Shown: positions 1 to 8,049 of the stretch, piece by piece
Numbering within the stretch: position 1 is the stretch's first letter
How the letters are laid out: each line of letters starts with the position of its first letter
From: Candidatus Thorarchaeota archaeon
GTDB taxonomy: Archaea > Asgardarchaeota > Heimdallarchaeia > Hodarchaeales > Hodarchaeaceae
Assembly (NCBI GenBank): GCA_048882505.1
Contig: JBHLRO010000023.1
Coordinates: 1-32,000, forward strand
DNA length: 32,000 bases
Direction of reading: 5' to 3'
Notes under the pieces: model-generated
Databases searched by the model: none
What the model saw: only the letters and a program-made list of their open reading frames with translations
What the model was told of the DNA's origin: nothing
Made by a program: the position numbers and the translations under genes

Positions 1-285
1 TGTAGTGAGGGCTGACGCTATGATATCGCAGTCAACGAAACAAGGCAAGCTATGAGTATGATCGCTGTGTAGATGAGTTAGTGCTACATATCTTATATCA
101 TTCCCGAAAATCTCCCTTGTAATTCTTCTTATTGCCCTTGCTTCATTGATGTTCCTTCCACAATCAATCATTAAGCTACTAGAATCCAAATTTAGGACTG
201 CGATATTTGCGTGTCCTGGAAAGTACAAGATTTTCTCTGATAGTTGCGTAAAATCTGGATCCTCGATATTATCCGTTAGAATCAC
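1..285 (-). CDS. MBL-fold metallo-hydrolase (N-terminal part; runs off the left edge)
   Basis: Manual translation of the minus strand from GTG at 285: VILTDNIEDPDFTQLSEKILYFPGHANIAVLNLDSSSLMIDCGRNINEARAIRRITREIFGNDIRYVALTHLHSDHTHSLPCFVDCDIIASALTT. It has the MBL motifs 'IDCG' and HxHxDH (THLHSDH). The frame is open to base 1. The exact start codon is uncertain. Confidence 0.85.
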   Translation of the reverse strand, partial: MILTDNIEDPDFTQLSEKILYFPGHANIAVLNLDSSSLMIDCGRNINEARAIRRITREIFGNDIRYVALTHLHSDHTHSLPCFVDCDIIASALTT

Positions 286-310
286 CTCAGAAATAGATAG
301 AAATAATCCC

Positions 311-778
311 TTAGACTTCAAAACCTTCGCAGTGTTCGCACCCTTGAAGATTCTCCATGTCCATTTTGGCCCGATAAGCCTCAACCGCTGACTGCCCTGA
401 CTTAAGATGATTTATTTCTTTATCCAAATTGGTTGGTTGCATTACTGCGAGCCACCCCTGGTTATAAGGGGACCGGTTTAACAAATCGGCCTTCTCCAAG
501 ATTATCTCATTCGTATCGATGATGGTGCCAGATATGGGCGATTTGATTGGGCCCACCCACTTGTTACTCTCTATTAAGGTGATGGGGTCACCTTTTTTTA
601 ATACGACTCCAATTTGCTTGGGAGTTGCGTGCAGTACCGTTCCAGCCAGTGTTTGCCCTATATCTGTAATCCCGATAGTAACTGTTCCATTCACATTCTT
701 GCGAAGCCAGGTATCATCAGTCACGTTATAATATAGCTGACTGGGTAAAACACAATTGTGAATCTCTGCAAAAGACAC
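311..778 (-). CDS. GcvH-family lipoate-binding protein, LbpA-like subtype
   Basis: GcvH-type motifs TIGITD, SPISGTI and 'LLNRSPYNQGWL'. The lipoyl-lysine context is ESNKWVGP (LbpA-like ES-x-KWVGP rather than the GcvH ESVKA). There is an N-terminal Cys (HNCVLP) and a C-terminal GCEHC. GTG start. Confidence 0.85.
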   Translation of the reverse strand: MSFAEIHNCVLPSQLYYNVTDDTWLRKNVNGTVTIGITDIGQTLAGTVLHATPKQIGVVLKKGDPITLIESNKWVGPIKSPISGTIIDTNEIILEKADLLNRSPYNQGWLAVMQPTNLDKEINHLKSGQSAVEAYRAKMDMENLQGCEHCEGFEV

Positions 779-1027
779 TTTAATTCTACTCTGTTACCTT
801 ATATTACTTAGCTGGCTTGAAACGCTATTCGAAATAAATAGACTTTTCTCAGTGCACCATCCTTGACATGTAAAAGCACTTCTAATCCCATATCCTTGGG
901 TTTACCCAAAAGCGATTTATTCTACCATAATAACTTTATTCCATTATCGTTCTTACTCGAACAAGTCCCTTTTTAACCTAGTCATCTTCCCGTTTCTAAC
1001 TCTACATTAAATAGGAAAGTATGGCAC

Positions 1028-2131
1028 ATGACGGAAGTTTGGGGATTAGTCCAATTAAATGAGATTGCTTCACTTGAAACACAAACCGTGTGGCATGCAG
1101 CAGCGTTGACCAGACAGGAAACAAGATATGATAACATCTTGTTGATCGATTGGCCCAATCGGCCATTTGTTAGTGTGGGTTATCATCAGGATCCAAAAAG
1201 AGAAGTTGATTTAGCTGCCTGCGAACAAAGGGGATATGAGGTTTATCGCCGTGCGTGTGGCGGGGGCCAAGTTTTGCTGAACGGAGATCAGATCTTCTAT
1301 CACGCAATCACAAATCCTCAAAATCCCAAACTCAAAGGACGTACAATAGACTTTTACGAGAAATTGCTTCAACCAGTGGTTGCAACGTATCGGAATTTTG
1401 GCGTGGAAGCACAGTTCGCGCCCGTTAATGATATTGTTGCTGAAGGGAAGAAAATATCAGGAAATGGTGCTGCCACTTTAGGAGACTCTCGTATATTGAC
1501 AGGGAATTTTATCCTCTCTTTTCCTTCATCAGAGATGGCACAAGTTATGAGTGTACCCGATGAAAAATTCAGAGACAAGGTCGCAAAATCTCTGGAGGAT
1601 CGTGTAGGTAGCTTTGATTCTATACTAGGGAAAATTCCCGATAGAGAGAAGCTTATCGCTTCATATTTGGAAAATTTTCAATCCTATCTTGATGTTGAAT
1701 TCGAGAGAACTACATTACCTCAACCTACAAGAAAAAAGATGGCAGAACTAGATGTAATGTATGGTACGGAAGAATGGAAATTCGCAATAACTGGCCGTTC
1801 CTCATCGCTACGTGCCGTGAAAATAAAAGGAGGAATGTTTATATCAGAATCGTTGGTCAAAACGGCAGGTGGGCTAATCAAAGGCGTTTATGTTACAGAA
1901 AACAAAGTGATTGCTTATGAACCAAGTTTATCTGGTGATATTACCATAGAGCCTATGAACGGACTATCTTTAATTGAAAAAGATTTGAAAGGAACGTTGG
2001 TAAAGGCGGAGGAGCTCAAGAATGTAATCACGGAAACTACAAAGTCTTTTGACATGCCTGGAGTCACTGTGGATGATTTTGTTGATTTGACAATGAAAGC
2101 GGCGTTTTCTCATAAAGAAGCACGTGTTTGA
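1028..2131 (+). CDS. Lipoate:protein ligase (LplA family; catalytic domain plus C-terminal accessory domain, sLpl(AB)-like)
   Basis: VSVGYHQD...EVDL, RRACGGGQV, catalytic Lys in KKISGNGA, C-terminal 'KTAGGLIK' accessory domain. Divergently transcribed from the lipoyl carrier gene. Confidence 0.9.
   Translation: MTEVWGLVQLNEIASLETQTVWHAAALTRQETRYDNILLIDWPNRPFVSVGYHQDPKREVDLAACEQRGYEVYRRACGGGQVLLNGDQIFYHAITNPQNPKLKGRTIDFYEKLLQPVVATYRNFGVEAQFAPVNDIVAEGKKISGNGAATLGDSRILTGNFILSFPSSEMAQVMSVPDEKFRDKVAKSLEDRVGSFDSILGKIPDREKLIASYLENFQSYLDVEFERTTLPQPTRKKMAELDVMYGTEEWKFAITGRSSSLRAVKIKGGMFISESLVKTAGGLIKGVYVTENKVIAYEPSLSGDITIEPMNGLSLIEKDLKGTLVKAEELKNVITETTKSFDMPGVTVDDFVDLTMKAAFSHKEARV
2101..2131 (+). repeat. 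Imperfect direct repeat, copy 1 (last 10 codons of the ligase gene)
   Basis: GGCGTTTTCTCATAAAGAAGCACGTGTTTGA; 26/31 identical to 5213-5243. Confidence 0.8.
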
Positions 2132-2525
2132 TAGTTTCTGAGTTTCTATGGGCAATCAATTACTCAAAGTGCGATTCGGGGATGAACAAATAATGCACTT
2201 TAATCACATATAAACCTTTATTGGAAGCTGCAAACGAACTAGCCAAATTTCATGAAAAGAAGAGGTCAGTGATTAAGACTCCGTAGTAAGAATTCTCTCA
2301 GTAAGGATAACTAAAAGAAAAAAATGCGTAAAAGAATATCACATCGGGGAAAAAATTATCCCAAAAGTGGTTGTATTCAGATCGAAGCCTCAAAATAAAA
2401 AAAAAACAAAGCAACGGGATTACTTTCAAGTGAAACAGAGACAACATTAAAAATCAGAGTGAATAGAGCACCCATCAGGGCTAATACTTTATTAGCATAA
2501 TCTCGAATTAAGGGAGTCCTCGCCA

Positions 2526-2708
2526 CTAGATGGACCATCCTTCTTCCTCAAGAGGAATATTATCTTCATGTCGTAGATGAGAGACATCATTCATATAATT
2601 AATCATTTTTAGTAGAACATCAGTTACTAGTAGATCACGACCCTCTAATAGGTCTAAATTGGTATCATTGCGGAAATTCCCTACTTTGATTTTTATTATG
2701 TCCAACAT
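2526..2708 (-). CDS. Small hypothetical protein (~60 aa from ATG 2708; the ORF track starts it at TTG 2747)
   Basis: Only ORF over 60 aa in the 700-bp gap. It is co-oriented with and downstream of the surface-protein gene. No recognisable motif. Confidence 0.35.
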   Translation of the reverse strand: MLDIIKIKVGNFRNDTNLDLLEGRDLLVTDVLLKMINYMNDVSHLRHEDNIPLEEEGWSI

Positions 2709-2830
2709 AAGGTTTTTTAACCTTGGAGGTCTATTTTCTTTCGGCAAGTGGGTTTTTTTCTTGGTCTTCTCTCAAGTTCTATACCTTCGGGTGTGGAGAC
2801 CCGCTTTCATTTTCACCATCAATCATTAAA

Positions 2831-5089
2831 TTAAGATCTCAGTTGTTTTCGCTTGTAAACAATATAGGTACTTAAGAAGATTATCATAGCATAAAGTCCT
2901 GGGAATGCCCCAGATTCTGCATTAGTGGTTGTTCTTCCAGTACTGGACTCTGGTTCATTGGAGGTAGTTATGGTAGTGGAAGTCGTAGGAAGAGTCGTAA
3001 AATGGTTCGACGTGGTAATATCTTGAACTTTAATTATAGTGACTGTAACTGAGTCACTTACTTCTTTGCCAGACAGCTCATAAACGGTACAGGTGTAGTT
3101 GTAGAGACCGACTGGGAGATGGTCTACACCTATTGTGATGGAATTGCCATCCCAAGGTCCTCCTGCGACCCAAGTTCCATCACGATAAACCTGAAAACTA
3201 GCTGGGTCTGAACTTACTGGATACCAAGCAATATTATGTCCTAAGGATCCATAAATGTAGGTTACATCAGCAGGTTGATTAATAATATCAATAAGAATGC
3301 TTCTAGTTGCTGAATACCGTGTGTATGGATTAATCTCATTATCCATATCAATAGCTGATATTCTCCAGTACCAAGTACCCGGAGACAAATCATTTTGTAA
3401 AGTAAAAGAGGAAGCGGGTTCATCTATCCATATAGTAAATAAATCCGACGAATTAAACGTAGAAGAGGTATCGAGATGTAAATAATAGCTGCTCGCGTCT
3501 GGGAGATTCTCCCATTCAAGAGTAGGACGGTTGTTAAATGTACTATATCCGTCATCTGGTGATAGAAGATATGGAGGTTCAATATAAATGTAGCATTCAA
3601 AAGTAAGAGCGCCAATAATAGGGCTGCCTTCACCATCGGTGCTTCTTAATATCGCTTTCCAACGTAATTGTGATCCTAGAAGGGTGAATTGATGTGCTAA
3701 CCCTCCAGCTAGGTTAGCTTGTTCCCAATGAACACCCGCATCAGGAGAAAAATAGAATTCAACTGTTGTGTTTTCTTCAAGGAGGATGGAAAATACAGAG
3801 GAAGTAAGGTCTACCAGATAGAAAAACGCTGAACCGAGAGTCGAAACAATAATTGTAGATTGAGCGACAGCAACTGATTCATAATGGACTGCATCAAATA
3901 CCTCTAACGTTCTTCCACAAATTAAAATATAATCATCATGAGGATAATCGGGCAACCTATTATCCTTAAAAATAGAATAGAAATCACTCAGGATAGAAGT
4001 AGAGCTAAGGAGAACGGGATCTGAGGGATTATGCACATCAAACACCTGTAAGCCCCCCAAACCCCCATAACTATAAGCTATATACGCCAAGTTATCCTCA
4101 ACCCAGATTGCATGCGGGTTTGGAGAAGTAGTAACTATGGTTATTGGAAGAGGATTCGAAGGGGTAGCCACATCAAACACCTGTAAGCTGTGATTAATAT
4201 CAACGAAATAAGCAAAATCATGCTCGATAGATACAGCAATAGGTTTCCACCCCGTAGTATAGTTTACGACCAGATCGATGTTGGTGGGATCACTGATATC
4301 TAGAATTGAGAAGCCATTATATCCATCTGGTAAGTAGAGGTAATTCCCAGAAATGAACATTTCATTATCAAAAGATAATGTGATCATAGGAACTGGAATT
4401 TCATATATTGAGGATACTGATGGGGAGAGAGGGTCAGTGATGTTCATTGACGTAACTGCATAGGCTACGAGCTGAAAACCTGAATCTAAAATATAATCAA
4501 GTACATATATCCAATTCTCATCCCCTGAAATAACCATATCACCCATAAGAGTGACATGTGTGGAATTAGGATGTTTAGCAAGTGAACCTAATATTACTGG
4601 ATTAATGGGGTCAATCACATTTAGGATTATAAAATAACTGGAAAGACGCGTAATGTCTGGATAATAATTCGTTAAATACAAATACTCACTCCCAGCGACA
4701 ACATCAACGCAATTATTCAAAGATAGTTGGTTCTTTATTTGCGGAATCTTGGGATCGCTTATATCTAATATTTCCAGGCCAAAATTTTCTTCAGCAATAT
4801 AAGCATAATGATCCTTAATCGTAAAACCATTGGAAAAAGAATCAAGATCCACTGACCCTATTCTTGGGAACGTACGAGGTAAAGAGACCATTCCAGAGCC
4901 TTGTTCCCATCCCCACACAGTAGTATTTGCGAAATCCATATATGAGGTGGTCGTGAAATCTTCATCGAAAACCCATGAGTATCCACTCGCTTTCTGGATG
5001 TTTAACGGAGAGCTGGAGGCCCCCAAGAGGATAAGAAGTGAAAGCATAATCGGAATACTAATGAATTTGGTTGACTCGATAGGTTTCAT
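2831..5089 (-). CDS. Secreted/surface LVIVD-repeat beta-propeller protein with FN3/Ig-like domains, Ser/Thr-rich linker and C-terminal membrane anchor
   Basis: N-terminal signal peptide. Repeats GLEILDISDP, GFSILDISDP, SLQVFDVATP and GLQVFDVHNP. FN3-like segment 'PTLEW...GTWYWRISAID'. Ig-like module 'PADVTY..G..G.NI.W...GLYNYTCTV'. Thr/Ser run, then FPG + TM helix + basic tail KRKQLRS. Confidence 0.85.
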   Translation of the reverse strand: MKPIESTKFISIPIMLSLLILLGASSSPLNIQKASGYSWVFDEDFTTTSYMDFANTTVWGWEQGSGMVSLPRTFPRIGSVDLDSFSNGFTIKDHYAYIAEENFGLEILDISDPKIPQIKNQLSLNNCVDVVAGSEYLYLTNYYPDITRLSSYFIILNVIDPINPVILGSLAKHPNSTHVTLMGDMVISGDENWIYVLDYILDSGFQLVAYAVTSMNITDPLSPSVSSIYEIPVPMITLSFDNEMFISGNYLYLPDGYNGFSILDISDPTNIDLVVNYTTGWKPIAVSIEHDFAYFVDINHSLQVFDVATPSNPLPITIVTTSPNPHAIWVEDNLAYIAYSYGGLGGLQVFDVHNPSDPVLLSSTSILSDFYSIFKDNRLPDYPHDDYILICGRTLEVFDAVHYESVAVAQSTIIVSTLGSAFFYLVDLTSSVFSILLEENTTVEFYFSPDAGVHWEQANLAGGLAHQFTLLGSQLRWKAILRSTDGEGSPIIGALTFECYIYIEPPYLLSPDDGYSTFNNRPTLEWENLPDASSYYLHLDTSSTFNSSDLFTIWIDEPASSFTLQNDLSPGTWYWRISAIDMDNEINPYTRYSATRSILIDIINQPADVTYIYGSLGHNIAWYPVSSDPASFQVYRDGTWVAGGPWDGNSITIGVDHLPVGLYNYTCTVYELSGKEVSDSVTVTIIKVQDITTSNHFTTLPTTSTTITTSNEPESSTGRTTTNAESGAFPGLYAMIIFLSTYIVYKRKQLRS
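4034..4188. repeat. Exact 20-bp intragenic direct repeat (4034-4053 and 4169-4188)
   Basis: CACATCAAACACCTGTAAGC occurs twice, 135 nt (45 codons) apart. Both copies encode LQVFDV of adjacent LVIVD repeats. Confidence 0.85.
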
Positions 5090-5141
5090 TCTTCTACATA
5101 CAGCATTTAATTTTTGGTATTTTCTTTGATAGGCAATAGCC

Positions 5142-5158
5142 TATTTAAAGGTTTCTCG
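5142..5158 (-). promoter_or_regulatory. Putative archaeal BRE/TATA promoter for the LVIVD gene
   Basis: The minus strand reads CGAGAAAC-C-TTTAAATA, with the TATA element ~55 nt upstream of ATG 5089. Confidence 0.45.
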
Positions 5159-5212
5159 TTGTTCTGAGTCTTTTTTTGGTTCGATCTCAGGACTTCATGC
5201 GTTTTATGTAAT

Positions 5213-5243
5213 GGCGTCTTCACACAAAGAAGCTCGTGTTTAA
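5213..5243 (+). repeat. Imperfect direct repeat, copy 2 (intergenic remnant of the ligase 3' end)
   Basis: GGCGTCTTCACACAAAGAAGCTCGTGTTTAA. In the ligase frame it reads ASSHKEARV-stop versus AFSHKEARV-stop. Confidence 0.8.
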
Positions 5244-5421
5244 ACACCTTAAGGTCGGCTGGACCCAGTATTTGATTGTAGCTTTGATGACGACCTAACC
5301 TGAGATTCCACAGTCTTCTCTAAGTCTTTCCTTCTGCATTCTAGCTTCGGACGATTAAAGTTATAGCCACTTCCTACACTCGGAATTGCTCAATAGAGAT
5401 TATTTTCTCGATGCAACGACA

Positions 5422-6393
5422 ATGGCTAATATTCTGAGCAGACTTTTAAAATCAGAAAATCCTTCAATCGTGTATAAAACCCACGCATATCTGTTGGGAA
5501 AGGATCCACGTTCATCAGAATTGCAATCACTCCAAAATGAAATCAAATCATCAAGTTTTGTCCAACATCTTCTCTCAGAACGTGATTCTGAGGGTAAAAT
5601 CCCCTATCACCCATATAAAAAGTGGTTTGGGGCCCATTGGGTCTTATCTGTGATTGCAGACCTTGATTATCCAGAGGGGGATGAATCTCTCTTTCCTCTA
5701 AAAGAGCAAGTCTTCCAGTGGTTACTTTCTGAAAAGTATGAAAAGAAATATGCCCGCTTAATCAATGGTCGATATCGGAAATGTGCTTCAATGGAGGGAA
5801 ACGCCCTGTACTATCTTTTGAAATTGGGGTTGGAAGATGAAAGGGTTGAAATTCTGGTAGATAGGTTGAGACGATGGCAATGGGAGGATGGTGGTTGGAA
5901 TTGCGACAAAAATCCAGCAGCTCAGAATTCATCCTTTATGGAATCTCTTCTTCCGTTACGTGGTTTGAATCTTTATTCTCACCTCAAATCTGACGAGTTA
6001 TCAAGAGCTATGGCTAGGCGGGCGTCAGACATTTTCTTCAAACGTCACCTGTACAAGAGGCAACAAGATGGTCACATCATGCGAAAAGAGTTTGCCCAAC
6101 TATACTATCCGTACTACTGGCACTATAATATCCTTGTTGGCCTAAAAGTATTGGCAGAGGGAGGATTCTTACCTGATGAGAGATGTAAGGATGCCCTAGA
6201 CCTATTGCAATCAAAACAGCTCCCCGACGGAGGATTTCCTGCTGAAAGAAAGTATTATCAAGTTACTGACAATCTTAACAGGAGCGGAAGATCATTGGTA
6301 AATTGGGGAGGAACTGGCAAGAAACGTATGAATGAATTCATAACGGTAGATGCGCTTTATGTCTTGAAAAACGCAGGTTACCAGGCCAAATAA
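5422..6393 (+). CDS. Prenyltransferase/squalene-cyclase-like alpha-alpha barrel protein of unknown function
   Basis: QW-type repeats QWEDGGWNC and QLPDGGF. The likely start is ATG 5422; the ORF track uses TTG 5386. Confidence 0.65.
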   Translation: MANILSRLLKSENPSIVYKTHAYLLGKDPRSSELQSLQNEIKSSSFVQHLLSERDSEGKIPYHPYKKWFGAHWVLSVIADLDYPEGDESLFPLKEQVFQWLLSEKYEKKYARLINGRYRKCASMEGNALYYLLKLGLEDERVEILVDRLRRWQWEDGGWNCDKNPAAQNSSFMESLLPLRGLNLYSHLKSDELSRAMARRASDIFFKRHLYKRQQDGHIMRKEFAQLYYPYYWHYNILVGLKVLAEGGFLPDERCKDALDLLQSKQLPDGGFPAERKYYQVTDNLNRSGRSLVNWGGTGKKRMNEFITVDALYVLKNAGYQAK

Positions 6394-6457
6394 TAGTAAA
6401 AGTTTTGGTCTTCCCGTTATAATAGTGTATTTAGCTCATCTTTCTGATAATAAACCG

Positions 6458-6895
6458 CTAGACCAGCCATAAACTCTTCCAAGTAATTCCTTCGGTCAAG
6501 ATCATAGGGATTAAGATAAGTGCAGCTGTTATCGTATCTGTCATTGCTAGCAGTAAATATCCAGTTTCAATCCCAATCGTCAACCACGATAAAACAACAA
6601 GAAAAACGAAATCCAAACGTACAAAGCACGACCCGACTCCAATGAACGCAAGTCTTTTGACATCTTGAGAAGAAACCAATAGCAAATATCCTACCGCAAT
6701 AAGGAACAGACCAACAACGTGGCTATAGATTTCGGGATTCGGTTTGTTTATGCTCAATATAGGGGCGGTAAGATCAGGGAATAGGAGACTTACGCCAAGA
6801 ACTAAGTCGTAGATCCCACCGATTATAATTCCAATTCTCAAATAAGTGTCTTGATCAAATCTTTTCAATTCTAGTACCTCTGTTAGCCTTTTCAT
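6458..6895 (-). CDS. Small integral membrane protein (~4 TM helices)
   Basis: 145 aa with four hydrophobic segments; ATG start. Confidence 0.7.
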   Translation of the reverse strand: MKRLTEVLELKRFDQDTYLRIGIIIGGIYDLVLGVSLLFPDLTAPILSINKPNPEIYSHVVGLFLIAVGYLLLVSSQDVKRLAFIGVGSCFVRLDFVFLVVLSWLTIGIETGYLLLAMTDTITAALILIPMILTEGITWKSLWLV

Positions 6896-6999
6896 CTATA
6901 CTGAATGTCTTGGTGGTCAAACCATCACAATTTATAAGTCTTTGGACACCGTTTAAACGAAAATGGAAGTTGTCGGAAATTTCCCTCCTATGCGTTACC

Positions 7000-7818
7000 C
7001 TAGGGGGTATCTGTAGGATCCCAACTTGAAATATACCGAATGTTAAGCGTGTCCAATGCTTCCATATCTTCATTCGAGATAACAAAATCGAAAACTTCTG
7101 AGTTCTCTCGGATTCTTTTTGGATTCCCAGATTTGGGAATAACAATTACATCATGTTGGAGACCCCACCGAATCAGCAGCTGCGCGGGTGTTTTGGAATA
7201 TTTTGCTGCTATCGAACCCAATCGGGGATCATGAAGTCGATGCCCTTTTGTCAACGGGCTATACGCTTCTACCTCGATCGAATGATGTTTACAATACGAG
7301 AGGAGATCTTTCCTATAATGAAAGGGATGAAATTCAATCTGGTTGACAGTGGGACGGATGACACAATCCTGAAAAAGTTCCTGTAAGTGGTGAATCATAT
7401 AATTACTTACTCCTATTGCTTGGATCTGATTGGTCTCGTATAAGGATTCGAGTGCCCTCCAAGATTCCTTTCGTTTATCAGTCACTGGCCAATGAATCAG
7501 ATAAAGGTCGATATAGTCCAATTGCAGGAGTTGAAGACTTCTATCGAACGCTTTCAAAGTTTTCCGGAATCCGTGATCGCTATTCCATAATTTGGTTGTA
7601 ACAAAGAATTCCTCTCTCGGGATCTCGGATGTTCGAATCGCTTGACCGATTTCGCGCTCATTCCCGTAAAACGTGGCAGTATCAAGCAGTCGATAGCCGT
7701 TTTGGAACGCTTCATGCAACGCCGAAACTGCTGCTCTTCCTCTCAGGTTATACGTGCCCAACCCAAATATTGGCATTTTAATCTGATTGTTTAGAGTGAC
7801 GGTAGTCTTGATATCCAT
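7000..7818 (-). CDS. Aldo/keto reductase (AKR5/2,5-DKG reductase-like)
   Basis: FGLGTY, DTATFYGNE (catalytic Asp/Tyr), TKLW, DLYLIHWP, IGVSNY, IPKS. Confidence 0.95.
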   Translation of the reverse strand: MDIKTTVTLNNQIKMPIFGLGTYNLRGRAAVSALHEAFQNGYRLLDTATFYGNEREIGQAIRTSEIPREEFFVTTKLWNSDHGFRKTLKAFDRSLQLLQLDYIDLYLIHWPVTDKRKESWRALESLYETNQIQAIGVSNYMIHHLQELFQDCVIRPTVNQIEFHPFHYRKDLLSYCKHHSIEVEAYSPLTKGHRLHDPRLGSIAAKYSKTPAQLLIRWGLQHDVIVIPKSGNPKRIRENSEVFDFVISNEDMEALDTLNIRYISSWDPTDTP

Positions 7819-8049
7819 GCTTAATCAACCGTCTCAAGGAAGTTGAAAATTATTTACGTCCTCATTTAGTAGGATTCGTTATCAGAAAGTTTTATTCCGT
7901 CTCCAGGACAAAGCCTTCCTTCATTGAAATTAAATCAATGCCTTAAATCCTTAAAGATAGTTCGTAATGGCAATTCTTTCTCCCTTCTTAGAACGCTTTA
8001 TCCAATTTTATCCAAATTTCTTTGCTTTATACCCAAGAGGTGTCTCTGA

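Noticed and set aside
146-731. Plus-strand ORFs 146-391 and 519-731
   Set aside because: Antisense shadows of the MBL and lipoyl-carrier genes, with no motifs. The same applies to the other short ORFs in the track that overlap well-supported genes (e.g. 8544-8846, 12528-12854, 17579-18052, 20441-20770, 25857-26147, 29200-29550).
311-778. Calling this gene gcvH of a glycine cleavage system
   Set aside because: The lipoyl-lysine context and terminal cysteines fit LbpA better, and no gcvT/P/L is in the window.
2148-2286. Short open frames after the ligase (MGNQLLKVRFGDEQ..., ...YKPLLEAANELAKFHEKK...)
   Set aside because: Under 35 codons each, the second has no start codon, and no recognisable family. 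They could be a gene remnant, but this cannot be supported.
4034-4188. 20-bp direct repeat as a CRISPR remnant
   Set aside because: Only two copies, 135 nt apart and in frame within a repeat-protein gene.
2132-5212. Annotating the repeat-flanked block as an autonomous mobile element
   Set aside because: No integrase, transposase or terminal inverted repeats were found. It is reported only as a possible integration scar.
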